Made by a program: the position numbers and the translations under genes
The notes under the pieces: generated by a model
What the model was told of the DNA's origin: nothing
The model's input: only the letters and a program-made list of their open reading frames with translations
The model's database searches: none
Assembly: GCA_046313635.1 (NCBI GenBank)
Contig: JBKBYA010000001.1
Coordinates: 288,001-352,000, forward strand
Direction of reading: 5' to 3'
Source of the DNA: Pyrinomonadaceae bacterium
GTDB taxonomy: Bacteria > Acidobacteriota > Blastocatellia > Pyrinomonadales > Pyrinomonadaceae
Length of the DNA stretch: 64,000 nt
In this document: piece after piece, positions 47,729 to 57,600 of the stretch
Numbering within the stretch: the stretch's first letter is position 1
How the letters are laid out: every line of letters starts with the position of its first letter

Positions 47729-48270
47729 CAAGCATTATGGGAAAAAGAATGTTGATTGTTGCGTCAGCGGTGACTGCGATTTTTGTTTGTTGGCACGGCG
47801 CAGCAGCACAAAATAAAACTGACTCAGCCCCTTATCCAATTGAAAGGGTAGCAACAGCTCCGACAAGTTGCGAGTTTAATATTGCGATCCTTGATGCCGC
47901 CCATTCCCGAGCTGGAAACAATAGTTTGATCATTGTGGTTGCAAGGCTAGGTCAAAGCGAAAGTTCGCGCGATCTCAATCGCCGTCGACTACACAATGTT
48001 AAGACCTATTTGGAACAGTTTGCCCGAAGGAAATCGCAAACTATTATTACGGCCGAAGGTTCTCGTGTGACCGGTTACGGACTGGTTGAGTTGTATGTTA
48101 ACGGTGAACATTTCTACACTCTGAAACTCAAGAACAATTCTGATTTGATCGTTGGCCTGTGCTCTTACGATGTTGAAAATCCGTGCAGGCTCGAAAGGGA
48201 GAGCAAATTATATCCATGCTTGAGCCCTAGACCACCGCGAAAGAAATACAGAGGAACCCGCGCGGGATGA
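47722..48270 (+). CDS. Putative immunity protein 3, secreted/periplasmic
   Basis: Overlaps the stop of tip 3; signal peptide ending GAAA-Q; four Cys in the mature region. Confidence 0.72.
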   Translation: MVTSIMGKRMLIVASAVTAIFVCWHGAAAQNKTDSAPYPIERVATAPTSCEFNIAILDAAHSRAGNNSLIIVVARLGQSESSRDLNRRRLHNVKTYLEQFARRKSQTIITAEGSRVTGYGLVELYVNGEHFYTLKLKNNSDLIVGLCSYDVENPCRLERESKLYPCLSPRPPRKKYRGTRAG

Positions 48271-48597
48271 AAACCGGATCGGCGGATCTCATGATTTGTT
48301 AACTCGAGAGTTGGGAAAGGAAAGCGGTCAAAAACAGACTGGCGGTGAGGGCCGTGCAGTGGTCGAGAGGTCGGGGCATCGCAGTAATCATATGAGCAGC
48401 CCCCGCAGGCGACGCTGGCCACATCGGTCACGGGTTTCAGGTCTGATCGACGGTTTTGGGAAGCGTGCTGACCCCGTTTGCTCCGGACGGTTCGAAATCC
48501 ACGACGAATGTTTACGCCGGTTCGGCATTGATCTGTTTCCCCGCCCTGCATCCGTGGATCATGAAAGCCCCGCTTCGTTTGGGGCTTTACTTTGCGA

Positions 48598-49896
48598 TCA
48601 GGCGGATTCGAGAGGCCCTATTGTTTCAAGGCCATTCATGAATGGCCGCAGCACCTCAGGAATACGTACGGAGCCGTCGGCTTGTTGGTAATTTTCCAGG
48701 ATCGCGATCCAGGTGCGCCCCACCGCGAGGCCGGAGCCGTTGAGCGTGTGGACAAATTCCGGCTTGCCGCCGGCGGTGCGGCGAAAGCGCGTGCTCATCC
48801 GGCGTGCCTGAAAGTCGCCGCAGTTCGAGCAGCTCGAGATCTCGCGATACGTCTGCTGGCTCGGCAGCCAAACCTCGATGTCGTAAGTCTTTTGTGCGCC
48901 AAATCCCATATCGCCGGTCGAGAGAACGACCGTGCGGTACGGCAGATCGAGGAGCTGGAGGATGCGTTCGGCGTCGGCGGTGAGCTTTTCGTGCTCATCG
49001 GCCGATGTTTCGGGCGTCGTGAGTTTTACGAGCTCGACCTTTTCGAACTGATGCTGCCGGATCAGCCCGCGCGTGTCGCGGCCGTACGAGCCCGCCTCGC
49101 TGCGAAAGCACGGCGTGTAGGCGGTGAAGTACTTTGGCAGGTCGCGCTCGTCGAGGATCTCGCCCGCAAAGTAATTCGTCACCGGCACCTCGGCCGTCGG
49201 GATGAGCGCAAACTGCCGCTCGTCGGTCAGGTGAAACAGATCTGCTTCGAATTTCGGCAGCTGGCCCGTCCCAAACAGAGCCGTGCGGTTGACCAAAAAC
49301 GGCGGCAGGGTTTCGGTGTAGCCGTGCTCGCGCGTGTGTATATCGAGCATAAAGTTGACGAGCGCCCGCTCGAGCCGCGCGCCTGCGCCATTGAGGATCG
49401 CAAAGCGCGAACCGGCGATCTTCGCGGCCCGCTCGAGGTCGAGGATGCCGAGCGACTCGCCGAGGTCGACGTGGTCGCGGGGCTCAAAGCCGAATTCGCG
49501 CGGCGTGCCCCAGCGGCGGACCTCTTTGTTGGCCGACTCGTCCGCGCCGACGGGCACGTCCGGAGCCGGAATGTTCGGGAGACTGGCGAGCAGGTCGCGC
49601 ATCGCGGCATCCGCGGCGTCGCGCTGCTTTTCGAGCTCGGACTGCCGGTCCTTGAGCCCGGCGACCTCGGCCTTTTTCGCCTCGGCCTCGTCTCGTTTGC
49701 CCGATTGCATCAGCGCGCCGATCTCTTTGCTGGCGGCGTTGCGCTGCTGGTTGATCTGGTCGGCCTCGCCGATCACGCGGCGGCGTTCGGCGTCGAGCTC
49801 GGCAAATCGGTCGAGCAGATCGGTCGGGAACCGGCGGGCGGTCAGAGCCGCGCGGACCGCTTCGAGATTGTCTCTTACAAAATTCAGGTCAAGCAT
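48598..49896 (-). CDS. serS: Serine--tRNA ligase
   Basis: [39 protein letters not shown] and [11 protein letters not shown]. Confidence 0.98.
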   Translation of the reverse strand: MLDLNFVRDNLEAVRAALTARRFPTDLLDRFAELDAERRRVIGEADQINQQRNAASKEIGALMQSGKRDEAEAKKAEVAGLKDRQSELEKQRDAADAAMRDLLASLPNIPAPDVPVGADESANKEVRRWGTPREFGFEPRDHVDLGESLGILDLERAAKIAGSRFAILNGAGARLERALVNFMLDIHTREHGYTETLPPFLVNRTALFGTGQLPKFEADLFHLTDERQFALIPTAEVPVTNYFAGEILDERDLPKYFTAYTPCFRSEAGSYGRDTRGLIRQHQFEKVELVKLTTPETSADEHEKLTADAERILQLLDLPYRTVVLSTGDMGFGAQKTYDIEVWLPSQQTYREISSCSNCGDFQARRMSTRFRRTAGGKPEFVHTLNGSGLAVGRTWIAILENYQQADGSVRIPEVLRPFMNGLETIGPLESA

Positions 49897-49980
49897 AAAA
49901 CTCTCGCCGCCAAAATGTGCTCACAATGTGGGCACCGGCGTCCACCGCGTCTCACCCGAGGCGGCGGCGGAAAATATACA

Positions 49981-50009
49981 TTGTCTCGGCAAATCGCTTC
50001 ACTTAAAAT
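49981..50009 (+). promoter_or_regulatory. Candidate sigma70 promoter of galU
   Basis: TTGTCT-17 bp-TAAAAT. Confidence 0.5.
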
Positions 50010-50057
50010 TTATCCAACGCGAAAACCAAAGAAGTTGTTGAATTTAACAGAATAAGT

Positions 50058-50927
50058 ATGCCGAAAAAAGTTCGTAAAGCCATTTTCCCGGCCGCCGGAA
50101 TGGGCACCCGATTCCTGCCTGCGACCAAGGCGTCGCCCAAAGAGATGCTGCCGCTTGTCGACAAGCCGCTCATCCAGTACGCCGTCGAGGAGGCCGTCGC
50201 TTCGGGCATCGAGTCGGTGCTGATCATCACGAGCCGCGACAAATCGGCGATCGAGGACCATTTCGACGTCTCGTACGAGCTCGAGCAGATCCTCAAGCAA
50301 AAGGGCAAGGACGAACTCTGCCGGCAGGTCCGCGCGATCTCGGAGATGGCAAGGATCAGCTACACGCGGCAGAACGAGGCCCTCGGTCTCGGACACGCGA
50401 TCTATCAGGCTATCGACTTTGCCGCGGGCGAGCCGTTTGCCGCTCTGCTGCCGGACGACGTCGTCGACGCCGAGCGGCCGGCGATCAGGCAGATGATGGA
50501 CGTTTACGAGAAGTACGACGCGCCCGTGATCGCGACGATGCAGGTCGCAGGGAGCGCGATCTCGCGCTTTGGCGTGATCGACGCCGAGGAGGTCGAGCCC
50601 GGCGTTTACCGCATCCGCGACATGGTCGAAAAGCCCTCCCTCGACGAGGCTCCGTCCGATCTCGCGATCATCGGCCGATACATTTTTACGCCCGACATCT
50701 TCGGCGCGATCGAGCGGACCGAGCCCGGCACGGGCGGCGAGATACAGATCACCGACGCGATGCGGCTGCTGCTAAAAGAGCGGCCGATCTACGCGCTCAA
50801 GCTCGACGGCGTGCGTCACGACGCGGGCGACAAGCTCGGCTTTTTGATCGCGACGGTGGAATTTGCGCTCAAGCGCGACGATCTGAAAGAGGGCTTTCGC
50901 GATTATCTCCGGACGCTGCGGATCTGA
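50058..50927 (+). CDS. galU: UTP--glucose-1-phosphate uridylyltransferase
   Basis: KAIFPAAGMGTRFLPATKASPKEMLP, VEKP and GEIQITDA. Confidence 0.96.
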   Translation: MPKKVRKAIFPAAGMGTRFLPATKASPKEMLPLVDKPLIQYAVEEAVASGIESVLIITSRDKSAIEDHFDVSYELEQILKQKGKDELCRQVRAISEMARISYTRQNEALGLGHAIYQAIDFAAGEPFAALLPDDVVDAERPAIRQMMDVYEKYDAPVIATMQVAGSAISRFGVIDAEEVEPGVYRIRDMVEKPSLDEAPSDLAIIGRYIFTPDIFGAIERTEPGTGGEIQITDAMRLLLKERPIYALKLDGVRHDAGDKLGFLIATVEFALKRDDLKEGFRDYLRTLRI

Positions 50928-50959
50928 CGTATTCGCGTTTCAAAAACGGCCGCCGCGGG

Positions 50960-52183
50960 CTAGGTTGTCTCGCCGGCGGCCGCAGTCTTTTTGCCGCGCA
51001 GCATCAGCGTCGACTGGAGCACGATCAGAATGACGATGCCGGCGAGCAGGACGAACATTCCCGAGCGCAGGTCCGACATTCGATCGGACAAATAGCCGAT
51101 CAGCCAGTTGACCGTCGCCGCTCCGATCGTGCCGCAGATAAAGAAGGGCGTCGCCCGCCGCGCCATCGCCGCCGCCCCGAACGTGCGGCCAAAGCGTGAG
51201 AGGTTTGTCGGAAATATCGACGACGTCCCAAATCCCGCGATCGACGCACCGGCCGCGAGCACGCCGAGAGAGTCGGCCGACAGCGTCACGATCATTCCCA
51301 GCAGGATCACTCCGAGACTTGCGAGCAGCATAGCGTTTTCGCCGACGTACCTGAAAAACAGCGGCGCCACGCCGCGGCCGATCACAAAAAACAAAAAGAA
51401 AAGGAACGTCGGCGACAGCAGCGACGTCACGTTTTCGCCCTCGACCCGCGCGGTATAGGTCGTCAGCCAGCCGCCCATTCCGCTCTCAAAGCCGACGTGT
51501 AAAAAGTTGAAGAGCGCGAGCGCCCATGCGAGCGGCGTCGACCAGATCGGCGTCGAGTCGCCGAGTGCCTCCTGACCGCGAGCATCGTCGTGCGGCCGAG
51601 AGTCCGACTGCCGACCCGCGCGCGGCAGCATGATCAGCGCCGCCGCGATCAGGACCATCGCCGCGGCGAGAATGACGGTCGGCACGCCGATCGAGCCGCG
51701 GCCCGAGTAGTCGACAAACGGCTTGCAGACGATCGCCCCGGCACCCCAGCAAAAATTCAGTATGCTGAGCGCGGCGGCCGATCTCGTCGGGTTGAGCTCG
51801 AGCACGAGCATGTTGATCGCGGGCAGCGTCAACCCGATCCCGACGCCGTTCAGCGCAAATCCGACGAGGCAGACGGCGAATGAAGGCCAGTTCATCAGCA
51901 GCACGCCCGCGGCCATCAGCAGAGCGCCGGCGGCGGTCGCCTGATCGAACCGCCGTCTGCGGCCAAACCAATTCGTCAGCACCGTCCCTGTCAGCGTGCC
52001 CGCGAACTGCGCCGGAAAAAAGTAACCCGCCTCGAGGTCGTTGAGATCAAATTCGCGCGCGAGGATCGGCAGCACCTGCCCGATCAAAACGGTGCTGATG
52101 CCCGACAGAAAAAATACGATGTGAACGAGCACCTTGAGCGGTCTGTGATCGTCGGTCGCGGTTATTGTGACGGCGTCGGGCAT
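50960..52183 (-). CDS. MFS transporter (FucP/TsgA-like); start uncertain
   Basis: About 12 TM helices; LNFCWGAG, HVGFESGMGGW and SSIFP. Confidence 0.85.
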   Translation of the reverse strand: MPDAVTITATDDHRPLKVLVHIVFFLSGISTVLIGQVLPILAREFDLNDLEAGYFFPAQFAGTLTGTVLTNWFGRRRRFDQATAAGALLMAAGVLLMNWPSFAVCLVGFALNGVGIGLTLPAINMLVLELNPTRSAAALSILNFCWGAGAIVCKPFVDYSGRGSIGVPTVILAAAMVLIAAALIMLPRAGRQSDSRPHDDARGQEALGDSTPIWSTPLAWALALFNFLHVGFESGMGGWLTTYTARVEGENVTSLLSPTFLFFLFFVIGRGVAPLFFRYVGENAMLLASLGVILLGMIVTLSADSLGVLAAGASIAGFGTSSIFPTNLSRFGRTFGAAAMARRATPFFICGTIGAATVNWLIGYLSDRMSDLRSGMFVLLAGIVILIVLQSTLMLRGKKTAAAGETT

Positions 52184-52235
52184 CGGTAGTTGAATATCTT
52201 TCGCTATCTCCAAGAGCGGCGCAAAGCGAGCGAAT

Positions 52236-53375
52236 TTACTGCGTCCGGAGCAATTCTAACGGCTTGGTCCTCGCGGCCAGACGCGCCGGCACCGAGGCCG
52301 CGAGCGCCGCGACGGCGAGCGCCGAGGCGACGACCAACACGACCGTGAGCGGATCGGAGCGGAGCGGAATGTAATCGATCGAATAAACGCCGCCGGGCAG
52401 CCGCAGCAGCTCAAATCGATTTGCCGCGGCGCACGCGATCGAGCCGATGAGCGTGCCGATAAAGGCGCCGGCCGCGCCGAGCACGAGGCCCGCAAAGACA
52501 AAGGTCGCCGCTATGCGGCGCGATGTCATCCCGCAGGTCCGCAGCACGGCAATGTCGCCGCGGCGCTCGCCGGCGACCATCGCGAGCGATGTCGTGATAT
52601 TCACCGCCGCGATCACGACCATCAAAAAGATCACCGCCGCGGCCGCGCGTCGCTCGGCGCTGAGTGCGGCGAACAAGGGCCGATTCGCCTCCTGCCAATC
52701 TATTACGCGAAATTCTCCGCCGATCCGCGCACGCAGCGCTTCGGCTATCTCGGCCGAGCGGAAAGGATCGGCGAGCCTCACCTCGAGCATCGTCGGCGTA
52801 AATTCTTTCTCGCCGCGCAGCCGCGCCAGATACGCGGGTGAGATCCTGATCGTCGCGGCGTCGTACTCGAGTATTCCTGTCTTGAAAGTTCCGGCGACCG
52901 TCGCGTCCAGGTCGAGCGTGCCGCCGCTCCAAAAGACGACGATCCTCGCGCGGTCGCCCGGCCCGAGCCCCGATCGCCGTGCGAGCTCGTGGCCGATCAC
53001 AACCGACGCGTCGTCCGCGAGCGAGTCGTCGGTCCGCAGGACGGCGTATTCGGTCGCCGAGGCGCCTAACACGACCGCCGATTCGTTGGCCGACGGCACG
53101 GCCTCGGTGACGCCCTCGACCGAGCGAACGGCATCGACCAGGCGGCCGCTGTCCGCGAGCGTTGAACCGTCGTCGCGCTGGATGGCGATATGCGGCGAAT
53201 TTGCGAGCAGGCGCGTCTGCAGCTCGCCGCTGAAGCCCGCGGCGACCGCGAGCGACGTGATCAGCGCCGCGACGCCGAGCGCGAGGCTGCCGATCGCGAG
53301 CGCGGTCGTCAGCCGTGCGAGGCTTTGCTGCCTCGCCCAGAGAAACGCCCTGGCCAGCTTGAGCTCTGTCAGCAT
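52236..53375 (-). CDS. LolC/E-like ABC permease
   Basis: ALGVAALI, DWQEANRPLFAAL, DIAVLRTCG and PARLAA. Confidence 0.85.
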   Translation of the reverse strand: MLTELKLARAFLWARQQSLARLTTALAIGSLALGVAALITSLAVAAGFSGELQTRLLANSPHIAIQRDDGSTLADSGRLVDAVRSVEGVTEAVPSANESAVVLGASATEYAVLRTDDSLADDASVVIGHELARRSGLGPGDRARIVVFWSGGTLDLDATVAGTFKTGILEYDAATIRISPAYLARLRGEKEFTPTMLEVRLADPFRSAEIAEALRARIGGEFRVIDWQEANRPLFAALSAERRAAAAVIFLMVVIAAVNITTSLAMVAGERRGDIAVLRTCGMTSRRIAATFVFAGLVLGAAGAFIGTLIGSIACAAANRFELLRLPGGVYSIDYIPLRSDPLTVVLVVASALAVAALAASVPARLAARTKPLELLRTQ

Positions 53376-53514
53376 CGGCCCATTCTAAACGTTTGACCGC
53401 CCGGTGCGCTAACCGGCGAGGCGTTCGCAAATGACCGGGCCATTTCGTAAAATCAAATGCGTAAACGATAAAAGGAAACGGCGGCCCGCTCGACGCGCCG
53501 CCCCTGTCCGCCCG

Positions 53515-54642
53515 ATGCCTTTAGCCACTATCGAAGAAGCCGCCGCCGACATCGCGAGCGGCAAGCTCGTCATCATCGTCGACGACGAAGACCGCGAGAA
53601 CGAGGGCGATCTCGTGTGCGCCGCAGAGAAGGTCACGCCCGAGATCATCAACTTTATGGCGATACACGCCCGCGGGCTGATCTGTATGCCGCTCACCGAG
53701 GAGCGCTGCGACGAGCTTCAGCTCGGGCCCCAGACCTCCGACAACACGTCGTCGATGGGCACGGCGTTCACCATCTCGATCGAGGCGCGCGAGGGCGTGA
53801 CGACCGGCATCTCGGCGGCCGACCGGGCGAGGACCATACTGACCGCCGTCGATCCACGCACCAAGCCGTCAGACCTTGCGCGGCCGGGCCATATCTTTCC
53901 GCTCCGGGCAAAGAAGGGCGGCGTACTGGTGCGCGTCGGCCAGACCGAGGCAAGCGTCGATCTCGCACGCATCGCCGGCCTGCAGCCGGCGGCGGTGATC
54001 TGCGAGATCATGAACGACGACGGCACGATGGCTCGTATGCCCGAGCTCGAGGTCTTTGCCGCAAAGCACGGGCTGAAGATAATTTCGGTCGCCGACCTCG
54101 TTCGTTATAGAATTCAAAAAGAAACACTGGTCCGGCGCGTCGTCGAGACCGATCTGCCCACCGGCTACGGCACTTTCAGGGCGATCGTTTTCGAGAACGT
54201 CATCAACGGCGAGACGCATATCGCGCTGACGATGGGAAATGTCGCCGACACGGACGAGCCCGTCCTGGTCCGTGTTCAGACCGAGAATGTCACGTTCGCG
54301 ATGTTTGGCTGCACGCTCGGCGAGGCATTTCCGGCGATCCAAAACTCTCTCCAAAAGATCTCGAGCGAAGGCCGCGGCGTCATTCTCTACCTGCGACAGC
54401 GCGAGAACAATCTCGATCTGGTCAATCAGCTGAGGACGTACGCCGTGATGCAGGAGAAGAAGGTTGACTTTCAGACCGCGCGGCGCGAGACCGGGTACGG
54501 CAAGCAGCACGATCACGGCATCGGGGCACAGATCCTGCACGATCTCGGCGTCAAGAATATTCGGCTGCTGACGAATAATCCGCCTCGTGTGCACGGCATC
54601 GAGGCCTTTGGTCTGAATATCGCGGAGACGGTGCCGCTCTGA
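53515..54642 (+). CDS. ribB: 3,4-dihydroxy-2-butanone-4-phosphate synthase fused to a degenerate GTP cyclohydrolase II domain (RibBX-type)
   Basis: [27 protein letters not shown] and CEIMNDDG intact; C-terminal domain lacks HSECxTG and RCDC. Confidence 0.9.
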   Translation: MPLATIEEAAADIASGKLVIIVDDEDRENEGDLVCAAEKVTPEIINFMAIHARGLICMPLTEERCDELQLGPQTSDNTSSMGTAFTISIEAREGVTTGISAADRARTILTAVDPRTKPSDLARPGHIFPLRAKKGGVLVRVGQTEASVDLARIAGLQPAAVICEIMNDDGTMARMPELEVFAAKHGLKIISVADLVRYRIQKETLVRRVVETDLPTGYGTFRAIVFENVINGETHIALTMGNVADTDEPVLVRVQTENVTFAMFGCTLGEAFPAIQNSLQKISSEGRGVILYLRQRENNLDLVNQLRTYAVMQEKKVDFQTARRETGYGKQHDHGIGAQILHDLGVKNIRLLTNNPPRVHGIEAFGLNIAETVPL

Positions 54643-54664
54643 CACGCGCGGGCGGCCGGCGACT

Positions 54665-57600
54665 ATGCCAGAAGACAACGAACAAAGGGAAGACGTACCT
54701 CAGACAAGCGAGCCAGACGATAACTCTTCGGAGCCGGTATCGGGCGACGGGCCCGCGCGGCGCTACCTGACGCGCCGCAACGTGCTGATCGTCACGGCCG
54801 GGCTCGCGGTCCTGACCGTGGTGCTGGCACTGCTCTCTGTCGTCTCTTACCGTTACGGGGTCTTCGATTCTTACATCAAGACGCAGTTCGTCGCGAAGAT
54901 GGCCGATATGAACATCGCCTTTGACGCCGACGTCTTTCGCGTCATGATCGATCCGCTCGCACTCGAACTCAAGAACGCGACATTCAACAACCGCGTCACC
55001 GGCGAAAAGCTCTTCTTCATCCGTAACGCCCGCCTCGGCCTGACGGTCGATGACCTGTATGCCTGGCAGCTCAGCCGCGACATCTCGGTCGACTCGACCG
55101 AGATCGAAGGCGCCGAGGTGTGGATAAAGTTTGACGAGAACGGCCGCTCAAACTTTGACGAGCTCACGCTCGTGCAGGAAGAGGGCCGCCAGCGCGTCAA
55201 CTTCAAATACGACTCGGTCCGCTTCAGCCTGCGCGACGCGGTCGTTCACTTCGGCGACCAGTCGCGGCACATCGGCGCGGATGCGAACAATGTCGTATTC
55301 CTGCTCGAGCCGCAGGAGTCGACGGTCGAGGGCGACCCGGTCCGTTACCGTTTTGACCTGACGACGAGCGCGTCGCGGTTTGCTTATCGCGATTCTGTGC
55401 TTGAGGAGGTCGCGCTCCGCGCACTCGGCCTCGCCGACAAGACCGGAGCCGACGTCACCGAGCTTCGCATCACGACGCCGATCGGCGAGACCGCGATGAG
55501 CGGCCGCATCGACGACTGGGCCGACCCGCGTTACCGGCTGAATGTCGAGTCGACGGTCGATCTGACGCAGACGTCAAACATCTTCCCTCTCGGCACGACC
55601 TTGCGCGGAGTGGGTAATTTTAAGGGCGTCGTATCGGGCCACGGTGAGACGTATCGCATCGAGGGCACGGCCGATTCGCAGTCTCTGCAGGCCGACGGCG
55701 TCTATCTCAAAGCGGTCAACGTCGAGGGCACGGTGGCCGGGACCAATTCGAATTACGAAGCGAACGGCAAGGCGGTGGCCGAGCTGTTGACGTTTGAAGA
55801 TTTCCGTATCGAATTTCCGCAGCTTGTCGGCAACGTTCGCGGGACGGGGAGCGACTTCAAATGGGTAGGCGACCTGCAGGCCGTCGCTTTGCGCAGCGGA
55901 AAGATGACGATCGGAAGGTTGTTTCTCTCCGACGCCGTCGCCGAAAAGCGCGACGCCGAGATCTTCGGCACGGTCGGCGCGGGCCGCGCGGCCAAGTTCT
56001 CGATCGGCGATCTCGAGATCGCCGATCTCGCGGCGCGAAATCTGCGTTTCGCCGACCGCCCCGAGGCGACGACGATCAGCGCCGGCGCGGCGAGCTCTCG
56101 CGAGCTCGCGATCAAAAATCTAAAACTGCGCGGCGTCAATTCCGCATCGGTCGACGTCAAGGCCAACCGTGACAACGCGGATGTCGATCTCGGGCGCGTC
56201 CGCGCCGACGGCGGCCAGCTCGGTGATGCGCGGCTCCGCGGCGTGACGGCCGACTCTCTGAGCGTCAAGGACCGGCCGGGCACGACCGATCTCTCGGCGC
56301 GCGATCTGCGAGTCGATCGTGTCGATCTCGACGGCTCAACGATCGCCGGGCTCGAGGCGCCCGAATTCACTCTCGCCGACAACCCGGCCGAAACCGTGAT
56401 CTACTCTGACCGTGCACGCGTCGCCAGCGTTACGACCGACGGCGCGGTGCTCGGCAGTCTTAATATCGCCGGCATCCGCGTGACGGTGCGCGAGGGCGTC
56501 GTCCGCGGTACGTCCAACGACATCGACGCCGGCAACGTGACGCTGACAAAGACCGAGACGCTGCCCGGCGGCGGAAGTCTGCAGGCCGTGCGGATCGCAA
56601 AGCCCGTCTTTGTGCTCGAGCCGTCGGGCCGCTACCGCGCGAGCGCAGATATGAGCATCGGCGGCGGCGTGCTGGGCAGCGTCGATCTCGGCGCGGCGAG
56701 CGCGTCGGTCGACGTGAGCAGCGAGCGCGTCGAACTTAAGAACCTAACCGCGAGCGTGATGAACGGCAGCGTCCAGGGCGACGCCGTCATCGCCCGCAGT
56801 CCGCGTGCCGCATCGCGCATCGACGCGACATTCACAGGCCTCGACGCGGCCAAGCTGCTCGCGCTCCAGACGGGCCGCGTGCTGCCGCTCGAGGGCGAGG
56901 CCGCGGGCAGCGTGAGCGTGACATTCGCCGGGCAAAATTTCAGGACCGCGACGGGAACGCTCGTCGCCGACATCTCGGGTGCCGCCGGCGCAGCCGATAA
57001 TGCCGACCGCGTTCCCGTCACCGGACGCGTCGAGCTGACGGCGACGAACGGCCTCGTCAACGTCGATCAGGCGCGGCTCAACACGGCGAGCACGAACGCG
57101 ACGGCGACCGGGCGCTTTGACCTTGCGGGACAAGATTCAAATCTCGATCTCGCGCTCGACTCTTCGGACGCAAGCGAGGTCGAACGCATTATTCGCGTGC
57201 TCGGCCTCTCGCCCGATCTCGAGCGGCAGCTCGACTCGGTCGGAGCGCAGTTTGCCGGCGCGTTGAAATTCAACGGCCGTTTGACCGGCAACTTTGCCGA
57301 CCCGACGCTCGCCGGCCGCGCTTCGCTCGACACCGTGATCCTGAAAGGCCGCGACGTGGGCGCGGTGACGACCGACATTCTCGTCTCGCCGGCCGCCCTC
57401 GAGCTCACCGACGGCCTGCTGCGCGATCGCCGCGGCGGGACGATCGCCTTTAACGTGAACGTGCCGCGTTACGGTCAAAACAACGCGACCGTGCAGGCGA
57501 CGCTGACCGACGTCAACGCCGGCGATCTGCTGTCTGCGCTGCCCGTCGCGCTGCCGGCCCGGCTGCGCGACTTTACGGGACAAACCTCGGGCAAGGTCGA

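Noticed and set aside
48271..48597. Further mini-element end (CTGACCCC at 48468-48475) or small gene at the island's right border
   Set aside because: Only 8 bp match, no partner repeat found, and the ORFs lack recognisable features.
48592..50055. Long antisense ORFs (also 1850-3265, 28584-30050, 60556-63129)
   Set aside because: Shadow frames of real genes, expected from high-GC codon bias.
53376..53514. FMN riboswitch upstream of ribB
   Set aside because: The region is short and lacks the RFN signature motifs.
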